A stretch of DNA of 64,000 nucleotides from Phoronis australis (lineage: Eukaryota; Animalia; Phoronida), in assembly GCA_002633005.1 (NCBI GenBank), contig NMRA01000626.1, forward strand, positions 172,547 to 236,546, given 5' to 3'. Of the stretch, positions 23,801 to 38,800 are shown piece by piece. The translations under genes were made by a program, and so were the position numbers. Numbering within the stretch: the first letter of the stretch is position 1; each line of letters begins with the position of its first letter. The notes under the pieces are model-generated. The model had not been told where the DNA came from. It saw only the letters and a list, made by a program, of their open reading frames with translations, and did no database searches.

Positions 23801-26800
23801 GAATTTCCTAAGTACCCAGCTGCCAATAAACAGAAAATGACTAAAGGCAACTCCGTTAGATACCGGTCCCAAGTCCGCCGTTTCATTTGAAAAGGAGGAG
23901 GTAAAGTCGAGTGGTCGGTGACTAAATCGACTCCCCCACCATACTTGCCTGGTGAAGAGGGTAGTGGATCCCTGCAGGAATAAAAACAAGACCTGTCAAA
24001 CATCCACAGAACCCCACTACCTTGTGGGTCAAGTTGGAGAGACTAAAGGCCACAGGAAGGACACCTCAAATGAAAAACCCGTTGACAACACGCCTAGCCA
24101 GCGCGTCGATGGTAGGCTAAAAACCCGACAATGATGAAAACGAAAGAAAGAGGCTGTAAAGCCCATGGCCAAAATGGGCAGAGTGGCAACCCAGATATGG
24201 AAAGAGATCAAGAGGATGGCCCCAAGCCAGGTGGAGAGATGACATCGTGAAGACGAGAGACACAACATGGACAAGAGCGGCAACAGACAGATCAAATTGG
24301 AAGGCATTGTCAGAGGACTACATCCTGCAGTGGATGGACAATGCCTAGGTACAAGGTACAATAAAGTCACTTAAGCCCAGCCATATAAAATCTGTCTCAT
24401 ACCATTCCATACTGTAACAGGACTGTCTTGACTTCTGATTTAAGAAAACGATCCAGAGTTGTGGTTGACCAACAGTAAAATTGCAAATTCTAAAACGGCA
24501 CATGTACGTATTGCCAGTGACAAGAGGTGCCAACTCATTAGGCAACAAGAGGAAGCAGTGTGGCTTAGTGAGATAGGCGCCCATTTTATTTACTCAAGGT
24601 CGTGGGTTTGAGTATCGCTGGGCCACACTGCTAGACCCTTGTGTTTGGTTTCTAGATTCTCAGCTCAGCTTTAACTACATAAGAAAGCACAATTAAAATG
24701 GTTCTGTGTGATCAGTGCAATGGGCCCACATGTGCGACTTGTGCAAGTCTGCTACAACTTGTACCAGACTGCCCGCAATATTTTATTTTCATTTGGCAAC
24801 AATTCACCATTGGATGAGCATGGTGATATTTTTAAACCCCAAAAAGCTTCAGATCGCCAAAATGGCTCGACCTTAAACCAAGAGCAGCAACTACATCAAT
24901 CATAATAACCAAGAACAGAATATAATCCATTAAAATAAATTTAATACAAACTTTCTGCAGATTGTCTTCCTTGCCCTTATATTATTCCTCACGTATAAGG
25001 TAACTGGGGATATGTACTAAAGGTAGCAGTGATCACTTTGTTTTCCTCCTAAATATACCCTCTTTCCTTTGCATTCACCAAATTGGAACACAAGATCAGT
25101 TTCATCAGTCACAATTTTTTACATAAAACAATTTAACATTTAGCCCTCTTAATTCTTCAATTTTTTAAAAAAATGGGGGAAGTACCCATTATGCACCAGT
25201 CAGCTGTCATTAACTGAACCGGCCATTTTAAGTAGTGGTGCACCACCAAATATTAAAGTCACATTTAATTCATTTAAGTACAATAAGCATTATCTGGACT
25301 GAACCAATGTGTATAAAGTTTGTTTTATGAAGTTTTTAACTAATGAAGCGAAAATAGTTTCTTTCATAATGGCAAGACATTTTTAGAAGAGAGACTCACT
25401 TCTGTATGCGTGTTGACATGTCTCTCTATAGTCCTGAAGAATCTTGCAGGCCATGTTCAGAAACTGTTGACTGTAGTCAGGCAGCTGGCACATAAGTTCC
25501 CGCAATTCCCAGAGGTTCTTGTTGACTGCCGCTGTGCTCTATTAGAGGAGCAAATGGGGAGAATTATGCAATGCGTCAATTTGAGCTTCATATTTTTGAA
25601 AATCAAAGTTGTGTCCAGACACTTGTCCTAGCACAAGTCCCGGGAATTTCTTTGGATCTTCTAGAACATGACTCTAATATACACCATATGTAAAGAAAGG
25701 AGTACAGCCTACACAATTAAATCGCTACTCACTGTACTATATAGAACTGACGGAAGTCTGGCAAGGATCGCAAGCTCGCTAGTCTGTGACGCGCATGATT
25801 GGCTGCTGCTGGACTTTCGATCAGGGTCACACAATGAATGACCACTAATAAGGTGCAGCAGCAGCCAATCATAGCAATCGACCCGCACGTCATGTAGAGG
25901 CCAGATTGCGAATCTTGCCAGAATTCCAGCGGTTCTACGTAATATGCAATAGTCTCTTCATTACTCATGGTGTATACTGGAGGTATGTGCTAAAAGATCA
26001 GAATATAAGCTACCATCACACAAGTTTCCCCAGGAACATAAGGTGCAAATGACCACTTGGACAAAAATTAAACTGGCAAAACTTGACATTGGCGTACTCC
26101 ACCTCATTGAGGTAGATAAGCAATATCTCGTTAAAGGCAACAATGGCCAAAATGCAGTGATATGGTAGTTGAATCTGTACAAAAAAGCTATCGTCTTTGG
26201 AACTGACAGAAATGGAAAAGAGTATTTATTTTACTTCATTTTGTATCGAAAAACCCAAGAGGCTTTATGCTGTGTACCAGACATTGTTTTATCTAGCAAG
26301 ACCGTTTCAGGGCTTATACTGAAAATATTGCAGTCAGTGGTGGCAATTTAAGACTACAACACAGCTCAAAAGTATTCAGACAATTCCTAGTAATGATGGC
26401 TGGGTAGAAGCAGTGAAGGAAAGTGAACATGAATTACCATACTCGTATGCATTACCGCCCAGGGCTCTTAAATTGGGAATCTAAAAAAACAGGGACTGGG
26501 CGGTAAGCCGAGCATGGGCGGGTAAAATTAAAATTTTTGAAAAGTCTCGAGTTGTTGCTTACTGAATGGAGGACCGATTTTACCCTGAGCTACACTGACA
26601 TCGGACTTCAAGCATATCGGTTAAAATATAGGTCAGGAGATTTAAGTAATGGACTTCAACGGCCTGAAGTGGAATAGTGTACACGATGCGGTGGAGTCGT
26701 GATCTCGAGCGTGATTGGGTTTTTACGTACCTCGGTCACTGTTCGACAGTCTTAGAACTAACTAACGTACTAGGTTATTGTTTACAATCTGACTATTATG

Positions 26801-29800
26801 GTACACACTTGATACTATTTTCTGAATCCTCTAGTCACAGTGATTTTAAAAATAAATTACTTGACTGTACTGATTGATCACTTCTTATTCATAATTTTCG
26901 AGTTTTTCCGAGGCGTTTACAATCCGACTCCATTTACGTACATACTTGATATTAATATTTTCTGAATTCTCTCCCCATGGTGATCATGGTGATTCCAAAA
27001 ATGTATGTGTGTCAAAAGACCCCAAAATTGGCAAGTATATTGAAGATACCGCGTGGCACATTAGGGAAACTATGAGTATAAAACAGTTACTGTCACGTAA
27101 TAGTCATGGTTATAACCTACAGGTAAGCGTGCGTTCAGTAGGACAAATTTCTTGAGAAAAAAGACAGATCAAGCAAGACTACGGTAAGTTCGCGGTGTAT
27201 TTCTAAGGGAAGCACTTGATTTTGTAAAGATGTGCTGGACACCTACTTACTGAATACTTTGAACTTATAGTTTGAACAATGTAACATTTTATATGCATGG
27301 TATATTTCTTTATTGAGTTAAAACCAACACTGCTCTTATTCAAAGCACGTGCTCAACAATTGGACAATACTACTATTAGGCAATAGGGGTGCTTGGTCGG
27401 CTGCCAAAATATGAAGCAAAAACACATCATGTAAAAAGCCATCAGGCAAATCAAAAGTTCAAGTTTTTGACCACGCAGATGTAGACAGAATGTTTGACTT
27501 GCGCTTAATGACAAGTTGATTTCTTGCGCTGTTGCTTTTGGTTGGGCGCTTACATTTTGGTTGGGCACTTCCATTTTGATGTCAGGAGTGAAAAACATGC
27601 GTTTAACCAAGACGGGGAACAGCGACACAAGTTGGCTTTTCACAATGTACTATGCCTTTTCTTATTTCAATGTTCAGGTTTGTTATGTTTCATGCACTGT
27701 CACGGGGAAATCACAGAAAGGTTGGCCACGGATGTGAAATTCCTGTCAAGTACTGCTTTGCTGGTTCTTCCACAGCAAATCAAATACATTTGACAAGCGC
27801 TGTCTCAGTGATGCTGACTCGAGTTCTGCGCGTAAGCCAAGGGAAACAATAATTGTGTCTCCTTCAGTAAAGGGCATCAGAATACGGATACTTTACCGCT
27901 ACAGTAAGGCAGAGGTCTCGGTTCTGCTGAAACTGATTGTCACAGAAAGGTAAGCGAGTTGCGCACGTTTATGAATGTTAATGTTGTGCAACGAACGTTC
28001 ACAGACGCAGGCACTTTTAAGGAAGTCTCGATCACGAAAAATTGGGGGTTGGTGGTAAGCCGAGCATGGGCGCTTAAAAATGAAAAATTGAAATGAAAAA
28101 ATGAAATTTTCAGGGTTGGCGGTTACACAGGACTGTATATTTATGCAACTATCTTCAAAACTATAGAATTTTAACCCATATAAAAGTATTTTCCAGATGT
28201 AGAAAGTATAAAGAATTCGATTTTTGACTTGCCAAATCTGTCATTAACTGGCTCATGTGACCAATGTCTTTTTACTTAAATTTAGGAAAAAGAGAAGAAG
28301 GAACATTCATGGGAAGAAATTGTATCAAGAACATTGAACAGACTTTGATATAAATCTTCAAGATGAAATCTTAAAACGCTCCACCAGTTTTATCACATTG
28401 TTTCTGTTTTATTCACCTTTTGATACTTTTTCTCTATACTTTTGATGAACCCTCATGCAAAGTGGAACATTTAAGAAGCAATTCCTAAAAGCATTGCGGA
28501 GTAAAGTGCATAAAGCAAAGCGCCTGAAAGTTTTGCGTGAATTCCATCCATTTCCTGAGAGATGATGTTTCTACGTTAGTCAAATTCGGAAATTTTTTAG
28601 ATGTCAAAGTTTGACACTGTCCAGTTTATTTTGAAAACTACCTAGAACACTTACATCAAGAAAATTTCTTCCGATGAAACCGACAAGTCACAGGAAGATG
28701 AAAATAAGAAAATTGTAAAACCAGAAAGCACATTTATTCAATGTATTAATCAGCACAAATGAACTGAATTAGAAAACCTCGACTTACCTGCAACAAAGGT
28801 TTAGGGGCGCCAAGCTCCCTTTGTGTTTTATTGTCTGTGACATTCTTTAGTGCATCGAATCCTGCAAAGGGTTTAACCAATCATTTAATATTCAATGCAA
28901 AAACAAAATCAGAACTAGCCAAAATTATATTCAAATGTTTTTGACATGCAGTTTGTAATTCCCTGGTCTTCAGGTAAAATGGTACATATAATATAATATG
29001 TGACATCATCGCCCACAAAGTTGAGTGCTTGAGATCGGCACCAAGACTGATTGGATACCACTATTTCAACAATGGCAATTAGACACTTTACTCATAGTGC
29101 TAGAACCCAGTGTGGCAAGTAGTCGCGTATTCTAAACATTTGCATTTATTAAAGTTAATACGGTCAGTGGCCTCGATTTCACCTGACTGCAATCCAAAAT
29201 CAAGAAAACAAATTTCCAATAAAAATGCAAAAACATAGAGACAATGGATTGTACTGTTTCATAGCTCACTAGGTCAAAGACAACTCCAAGAAATTCATCC
29301 TACAATAATCCTAAAAAATTTGGCCATTGATTAATCCGTAAAAAGGGTCTTGTTAATATCTGAACAGTGACAGTCCATGCTGACTACAATGCAGGCTACT
29401 TCATTTTGAAGGAGCTAAGAAACAAGTCAGAGTTATCCTCCATACTGAGTCCACTCACATATCAATGAGACAATGCCAATCTGTAAACCAAAGTTAGTCT
29501 CTATTCAGACACGCTAACAAAATAATGGGAACAGAACAGTTCAAAACACACAGTGACACTGAGTGTAACTAAGTTGACTACAAATGTTTCAACAGTGAGC
29601 AGGCATCACTACACAAATGATCTAGAGTGGAAGCTTTACTCAAGATTGCAGTTAATACTTGAGAAATGGTCACAGTCAAACTAAGTAGCTTCAAGACATA
29701 CTCTTGAGGCACATTATAATGTTTTTGGCAAGTCTCCTTTACAGACCAGCCAAAAATCTTGGGTGATATGGATATATTCTTGGGGTGATATGGATATTCA

Positions 29801-32800
29801 TGGGGTGATATGGATATTCATGGGGTGATATGGATATTCATGGGGTGATATGGATATTCTTAGAGTGATATAGATAATTTTGGGGTGATATGGATATTTT
29901 TGGGGCAATAAACCAGTCACCCTCTACAGTAGTCAACAAATTTGAAGATTTCCAATAAAGGAAGACAATATGAAAAGATCGTCATTTAGATATTTCCAAT
30001 ATAAAGAGCGGGATGTGTACTTTAAAAAATCTAATTTATTTACACTGACTGGAATTCTATTAAATAAAACAGCAATGCATTACAAAGTATCAAATTGTGA
30101 GCACAAGATTTCAGTATTGATAGAGCTCTTTCTCCCGTAGGTAAAAAAACGCATTGTTTTATCGACCTCATTCTGGAATGTCAGCACATTTTCACAGGTG
30201 ATGTTGGAAACAAGTAAGAAATGTTCCCTATATCAGAAGTTTTAAAAAGTACCAAAATTGAAAATCAATTAGTAATCATATCTTCAAGAAAGGGTACTAC
30301 AAAGTAACTGTATTCCCCTCAGTTCAAATAGGAGACTTTGGCGGTCTCTGGAGTGATGAGAGAGACAAAGCGACTTCCACTTGATCCCAACAGAAATTCA
30401 CTACTAATTAATTTTATTTAGTAGTTCACAAATTTAAAAACAGTGCAATAAATATCATTGACCAACCCTCCTATAGTTTGATTATTTATTTATTTAATTT
30501 AACTTTCTGACATCGGCTAGGATCAAAATTTCGCCGATCTATCAGTTGCCGCCCCCAGGACATGATGTTCCTCATCCATGGATATTACAAGAGGTTTGCC
30601 TTTTTCTGCAAAACATTATCATTGAAACTTTGCCAGCATTATGATAACAGGAAAAGTGTTAAAGCGATGTTATAGCATCAGGTTGAAACTTGCCAATCTG
30701 TATTACAAGGGATCTGTACGTGGTACTGAATACCTGCCCACCAAAGATGTTATTGTTGTCTGGCGGAAATGTGAATTTCAAAATGGCGCGGCTATTTCGA
30801 AAATCAGCTTTAGAAAAAAAATACGACTACAACAAAGAACATGTGAAACTCCAATGATGCGAAAACGAGGCTGCAAAAGTGCTTGATAGTGGCACTGTGA
30901 GAAAATAATGCGAGACTGGAGTGTCGTTGAGTAATGCGGGATAGCCCTATTGCATTACATGGTATATCGAGTACGTTTTCATGTAGTATGTAACAAATAG
31001 ACTTGGAATTTTTCAGTAATTTTCTCAGTGTGCATGAGATTTGACTCAGGAATTAGTGGTGGCTGAACTTTGTTGTTACATCGAGAATTGGGAATTACTC
31101 ATTTCAAGATAACAACTAGGTTGCGTACATTTAGTTTGTCTTCAAAACATGAAAATTTGGGCATGAAGCTTACAAAACTTTAATCAGCAATCTTCATAAT
31201 AAAAACAGAACATCATTCACAGCTATACAGTCGCTTTATATGAACATGCTAAAATTGTCAACACAAAATGCCGCAAAAACTTTGTACTGTACTGTCGGCT
31301 AATAAACAAAAATGTGACTGCACAATTCCCTTTGCATGATTCATTGGATTCACTTCGTATTTTACGTAAAATGGAAGTCACATACATGCACAATGTTAGG
31401 AAATGATCTTCATACACTCTGCAATATTTATGTTTAACAAATTGCTTGACATATACATGCTAACAAATGAACATATCAGTTTCTGCAACTTCCGTAACAA
31501 ATGCTTAGTGTTCAAATGGATCCCGTGACTTGAACAGAAGTGCCAACAAAAAGGAGTAAAACAAAAAACCCAGAAAACTAAAATTGACAGCAGTTGAAAA
31601 CATAACTGAGCACTTGTTTAGTATACACGTCATTAAACTTTAGTTGCATTATTCAACAAGTCAGATACATCGTTAAGTTTAAGGTTATGAAGGACCCTAG
31701 GCTAGAAAATGTCTAAATTTGGCTCAAAATCAGACAAGCTCATTAAAATATTTTTGACTGTCAGCCAGATTTTACCGATGATAACTTGCGACCATCACAT
31801 ACATGCTTTATACACTGATTTCAACAATATTAGGAATAAAACAATATTGACATGTAGTTTTTAAAATGTTCCACTTTTGTGCAAATGGCTTTCAAAACAA
31901 GAACTAAAATTTAAGGTTTTTGAGAGAAAACTCTTCTGTTGCATGAAATAAGAATGGAATGGCATTTTACATAAATGTCACATCTTGGGACATTTATATG
32001 GAAAAATGATCATGATATTGGTACAATTGTTTCGTTATCAATGAAACTTTATTTTTTTGCCAAATTTCACTAAAAAGACATGGTCACGTCATTAAATTAA
32101 TGGAAGATTCATTCATAAAAGATCAAATAAAAATCTACAGGCTTTCTATTTTTAGAACATACATTTATTTAAGTACTTTAAGTTGAAGATATTTGCCTTT
32201 AACGCCTTACATAACTTTATTCCTAATGCAAACTGAGACATTTTATTTCAACTTACAAAACGCACCAGGCTTAACGCCCATGTTCAGCGTACTGCCCAAT
32301 TATACACAAAATTCCCAGATTTTTGCTTTTAAAAGCCAAATATGCTGAGCTTACTGTCCACTCCGAATTTATTTGGTGGTGCTTTCCTCGAAAGTCCCCG
32401 TGTCTTGCTTAACATCATCTTGTGCCAATTTTAGCTCCCAGTTCACTTTCAAGTCGAGAGTTTCAATTGCACTGTGCTTTCTTCGAATGGCAAAAATAAA
32501 GTTGTGCTCTGACTCCCACTATGTGACTGTCACGTGAGCCCGAAATTTTTATCTGAATTGACCATTTGGGCAAATGAGCACCCCAGACTTCTCGAAAATG
32601 TTGTTTCTAAACACCCATGCTCGGCTTCACACACACTCCCTCAGTGTACAGTAAGATTACATGTCAATATTGATTACACTTTACTCAGAGTGACGGAAAC
32701 TGCCTAATTTTTATTTCATGAGGTTGGCGAGAATGTTTTTCTAAACAAACATGTATGATCAGAGTTGTTTTACATCTGTTACAAAGCACAGAGATTAGCA

Positions 32801-35800
32801 AAGCAAAGGATTTAATTACACATTACCACAATTTTGAATGGCTTCAAGAGCTGGATTTTAATATTATACTGATAGATTAACAGAGGAACAGCATTTGCTA
32901 AAATACCCAAACAGCAAGAGAAAGCTAAGTGTCACCTCTGGTGAACCAAATTTTTATTCATTAAAGCACAACAGGCATTGGGCAAATTACAATACTCCAC
33001 CATCAGAACTCAAAGATCTTAAAGAGACAGGGCGACAGTGAAACTAACGAAATTCCATCGAAGCAAACGAAGTTGCCATTTGATAAAAACTAAGCCTGGC
33101 TCAAGTGTTTAAAAGGGAAATTTTAATGGAAGGAAGATTTTGTGCAAGCATCAAAGTAAAAACAATGACAACGTAAGCCATTAAGAAAATTAACAAAAAG
33201 GTGTGATTCCGTTTTCAAATAATTCCACCAAGCAATTTCAGAACATGCACCATTTGTGAAACTGTCACATTTAAGGCTGATTGAACACAAGACAGCACAC
33301 ACAGCAAGTTTACAATTACCAATTTCTGTGACAACGTCTGAAGATTGGAAAACAAAGACAAGACTTTTAAGCCAAAGCAGCATACAGTACATTCATGAGT
33401 ATTACAGACACTTAAAGGAGAATGCCACCCTATTTAATTAGTCTTTTTTATCGTCTTAATCGGTCTATAGCCACATCGCCTCTTATACGGACGACCTCAC
33501 CTTGCCGAGAGGTGTCGCGTTAACCTGTGAGGAAGGTGAGAAATGATGCAGCGACGTCAGTGGTTCGTCTGCAGAGTGAATGCCGCTATATTGCGGTGCA
33601 TCGTTCCCGCTTGTCCGAACTATGAAGTTGCGAAGAAAGCGAGTATATCGTTTTTTCGACTTCCTCAAGAGCCCGAAATGCTTAGGAAGTGGCTCGCGTT
33701 AGTGAAGAATGAAAGGTACGCTGTTAATAGCAAGTATGAGGCTGTGAAACATCTCCGTGTCTGTGGCTGGCATTTCGTCGACAGTGATTTCTGTAACGAA
33801 TTTCGGCTTACCCAAGAACTATCCATATGTTCCATTGCCTGTGCATATTCACGGCGCCTCTCTAGTATTTCTTGATCATTGTATTCCGGTTCGAACTGAT
33901 AGCCTGTGAAATCTCAAGATCCGACCTGTGAAGTCTTCGTCGGATGAGCTCTTGACTAAGTCAGGTTTCGAGCCACTGGCCGGGATAAAGAGTAAGTCCG
34001 GCCGCGACGCGGGGCCTAGTGATCGGGTTCCGAGCCACTGGCCGGAAGAACATTAAGCGTTTTGTGTGTCTAGAACTCAAAAATCACAAGTATAAACAAC
34101 ATAGATCTAGATTCTCCTGTCTGTATTTCAGGGAAGAATGAATACTTCGAATTTATCTCCGAACAGGCCCCAAACTCCTGCTACGGACCTTGGTAAATTG
34201 GCCTGCCGAACTTTGTAGGCTACGGTGTGTCCAAATACCAGTAAATCCGTAATAGCAAAATAAAACAACACCTTTTTATAAGAATTCGGTGTATTTTTAA
34301 GGGTTTTACAGAAGTTTGATGATTTATTGGTGTTAAACAATGAATTCAACCGATAAGCTGACACCACTAACCCGTGTTGTGAACTGCTGAACAGACTGCG
34401 TATGAAACCAATTACGTCATTGGATATTTTCAACACCTCCGTCTGCCGTCAGGTCTCAGGTAACGCAACCGAATGTGCCGTTATCGAGTAGAAATACACG
34501 ATCTAAATTGATGCAAAATAAGTTGTTTTTTGGGTGGTATTCTCCTTTAATGATACATCATTTCTTGAAAGTTGTTTCAAAGTGGGTTTCTCTGGAGCTT
34601 TCCACTAGTGAAATTTCGTCAAACTCAAACAAAAATGACTGCAAAAATTTTCTAGTTTTCAAAAGCTCACAGCAATCAAAAATTCTCAAAAATTCAACAA
34701 AACATTCAAAGGTGGTTGTTTACAAACTTTCCAAACAATAAAGAAGTGAATTTTCTCTCCGTTTACCTTGTTCGGAAACAGTAGAATAATCTGGATACAT
34801 TTTTCCAACGATAATGGAGTGATGTTGGAAAACCTTGCGGTGTTACCAACTAAATTTTTTATCAGAAAATCTATCGTATTTGTGCTCTAAACTGAAGAAA
34901 CTTGTACCTCTCACACACACATTACCCAAAACAATACAATTCCCTTCCAAGAACAGTAAAATGTGAAATCACAACAAATGCCAATCAAATCGAACTTCAA
35001 TATTCAAAAATTCCTCACCACGATCACATCAGTTTCAACATTCAGATGGAATGCAGAAATGGTCTGCAAGTAAATTGAAGTGGCTAACTTTTAAAGGTTG
35101 ACCAGTCCTGTGTTGAAATTGAAGCGCTTTTGACTGGTAAATATTCTGGGTGTTCTTAGGGTAATGGAAGTGCAACTCTCTCTCACTGTAAAGACAATTA
35201 CTTTGGGACAGATTCTGCCCAGGTTAATGGCCAGAACCAAATTTGTTTTCTCAGAAACCAAACCAGGAAATTAATGGTGATGAAATAAAGAGCATCGTTA
35301 GTTTTACCAGAAATGATCAGAAATAGTAAGAAGCACGTCTGAGCATGTTTTTCATTGATCTGTTCGACACAGGAATAAAAAAATCAATTTCATAAAATTT
35401 GTCTTTTAATGGCAAAGAAGGAAACAGCATGCCACACACATAATAATTGTTCTTAACCAGATGTGACCAATGAAAGGCAAACAAACATTCAGTACAAACC
35501 AGGTCTTGTTGTAAGTGAACAAACTAAGCGATAGATTAATTACATGTTAATGGTTGAAGGACTGCCTGACAGATTCTTTCAACAATACTACGAAAGAGCA
35601 GAACAAAGTATCTGGCATAGATTACAGATCAAAACATGGCCCATGAAAATTTTAGAAAAACATTAATATATGAGCTGCAGCCAGAATAGGAATAAGTTTG
35701 AATTTTGGAGGAACAAGCCAGTGGCTGGACTCATAAATAGTCAGTCCAAATAGTTGGGAGACATAGCAGAATTAGACTTCCAGCCTGAGTGTTTAGTATC

Positions 35801-38800
35801 GTACCCATCTGGGTGAGTACACTTGGTAGTTTTCAAAATATACTAGTTAGATAACGATACAATTCTGTCAGAGCTTCTAGCCAAAAATATATTCCAATTC
35901 ATTCAATCTAATACAATCTAATGGCATTTTACTGTCTCGAGAGCTTTAGTCAGAGTTTAATGTCATGTTATAGATCCTACCCACCAATTATTTATTTGTA
36001 AAATTGACTTACAAGAAAAAGTGTAATTTGCACAAAGGGTGCTGAGCCTCACAAGTCTGGAATTTGTGGAGAATTTTGCTGAAACTGAAACATGCTCTAG
36101 TTGAAAAGAAATCATAGTTTAGTGTGTGAAAACTTTGTTGAATTTTGATGCTATCCAGCTTATTCTGAACACTATTTTCCCTGAAGTCATTTAACTTGAG
36201 AAATGCACAGGTTCAGTAGTACGCATTAAGCCAAAATATAATTACAGAACAGGTCTGTTGAAAATTGAAAAAGGTGAAAATAATTGAAAATGTTGAAAAT
36301 TCAGGGGCATGATGTTAAGTTGTGTGACAGCAATGGACAAGATTAATGACAGAAATTACAGTGCACCAGTCCATGGTTTGGGTACAGTTGCAAGATTTAT
36401 GTTGATGGCATTCAGCCACCCACTGTAATAAGACGTCGGACTGAATGATTTACGAGTTAGACCACTGACAATATTTCCATTCTGATTTGAAGGCACATTT
36501 CACAACCGTTTCATTGAAAATGTTGCACTAGAGTGATGTTAAAGAACGTACCCTTTGTTGCCTCGGCAGTGCTGGCAGACAAGTTATAGTGAACTTCTCT
36601 CAAGAAAAACGTTTTGACGAATGTCTCTATAAATGAATGGAGAGCACAGGACCTGGAACCAATTGGCACAATGTGATTTTCAATGCTAAGGTACAAGACA
36701 AAAGTAATGAGACAAAATAGTATTTCCCGTCTGTCTAGTAGTAATGACTTACAGAAGCAAAATTTCAAAAAGAATGGCCAAGTCATCCTTCATTCTCCGT
36801 CATGAAGGAAGGCCAATCAGATGATGAATTTGATTTCTGGCTTGTGGCTGTCATGACGGGGAATTCTGGGTCAATTTGTCGGAATTCTTTTGGCACGAAC
36901 TGTTGATTACGACCAATCTGAACATTTCTGAGCCAGGCACTTTACATGACCATTACATAAAAAGCGAGTTGGCCATAAAATTCACCTTCAGCTACTAAGA
37001 ATTTGTACAGTGAGATGAAGAATAATTTCTAAAGTTAAAGCTTGTTCATAAAGTTGAACCCGCTTTTGTCGAAGGAACTAAAATAAGACTTAGAAATTAC
37101 TAGGAGATCGGGATCAACTTATTCTTTACACAGCTGTACATTATGATTTCAAACATTCTTGCAAGCCCAGAAGTCATTTCTAATCTCGGTAAGAAACACA
37201 TAAAGATCGGATTTTTATCTGTATGTGACTCAAGTAAAACAAGTAAACGGTAGCTAACTGAATACCATAATTATAAAGCTACACTAAACTTACATCAAGG
37301 AAATAAGACAGAGTACCATATCGTTACCATTACCACTTGTTATTACCAGCAATTTTGCTACATAACACTCCATGCAAGGAGAACACATTATAATCAAAAT
37401 GTGAAACAATAAACTTAAGGTAAAACATAAAGAATCCATCACACTGATGGCAAGTGTCAAAACCAGGAAATGGGAGCCCGGGTGACATTAACAAAGCAAG
37501 GGCCCTGCTAACGTTATCTAAATAGATTGAAAATAGTAGTGATGCGTATTCTAAAAAACTTGTGAAAAGGCAAGATTGCGCTATATTTACATATTTCCAA
37601 TTGCAAACTTTAGAATCGAGATTGTTATATCTGCGGAATGCAGCCCTGACAACTGTTCATCAACATGGGGTGTTCATGAGGTATAAAGGGCTTTCCATGA
37701 ATGCTTCAATGCATTGTTCAGGCAACAAAAACCATTTGACTGTTTAACCAGGCTAAGCATCACAAGGTAAATTTGGAGCTGCTTACTGCGTATAGTTGTG
37801 TGTGTCATCAACAGAATTAACCTTTAATGAAACAAAGGCAACAGAAAAGTAACTCTTCTTAAGATATACAAGTTTGTACTCATTGTACAAACTTAGGGCC
37901 CTCACTCACCTTAGGGAAAACATGCATGTAAAGGGTGGTGATGGGGAGGGGGAGCAGGATTTTTCCCTCAGAGCAAAGACACAACAGTGGCTTGACATCA
38001 TATCTCGTCTAACTACTCGGGAATGAATCATACTAGAATTTTATCTCTGAACCCATTGACAGCATTCCAACATGAGAGTCCGGCCATTGTACTATTTCTG
38101 CGAAGCTATGAAATAAAACCAAGACACCTGTAGCCCCTTCTGTTAAAGGTGCACAAACAATTTACCTGGGCTTGCAAGATGTGGCGAGCTCAATCTCTTT
38201 AACGAATGCTTGAAGAGGGTTAAAGATCACTGAAACGGAATATAAACCAACTGAAACGAGTAAATATGCACGTGACATAAAGGACAAGAAAATGCAACAA
38301 CGTATACAGCACAGGTGAAAAACTTTTGTTTGATCTGTCAGCAAGGTCATCAACCGGTTTTCCAGCGGACTCCCACCAGACAAGCAACTGTCTGCTAAGA
38401 GCCATTAAATGGCTGCCTACTGCTGATGTCAAATGGGTCAGAAATCTGCAACAAGTAATGCAATAAAGCAAGGTTTCATCATTACAACACTCAGATTAAA
38501 AAAATGTCTAATTGCTGTATGACAGTAGAATTGCTGTACGGTTCTAAAAGGGAATATTCAAAAGCCTGATCGGAACTACATGTACCTGTGTGGTCTGCAA
38601 CATTTAGTTGACCAATTGGACATTAGTTGACCAATTGGATATTTTGAAAATCAACAATTGTTTCCAAAATATTGCGGAATCAAGAAATTAGTAATTTAAA
38701 AGACAATGTCAATTAAATCAAAAATAAAGGAACACACAAACAATTTGTTACAGAAAAAAATACCGTCAGTAGAATGACACCATGACAAGTTGTTTAATTA

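Noticed and set aside
24552-24640. Possible tRNA gene
   Set aside because: Degenerate A/B boxes and no cloverleaf; at most a SINE relic
38340-38446. Exon-like segment with a minus-strand acceptor between two EXOC4 exons
   Set aside because: No EXOC4 similarity; the flanking exons 39097-39184 and 38166-38229 already join in frame
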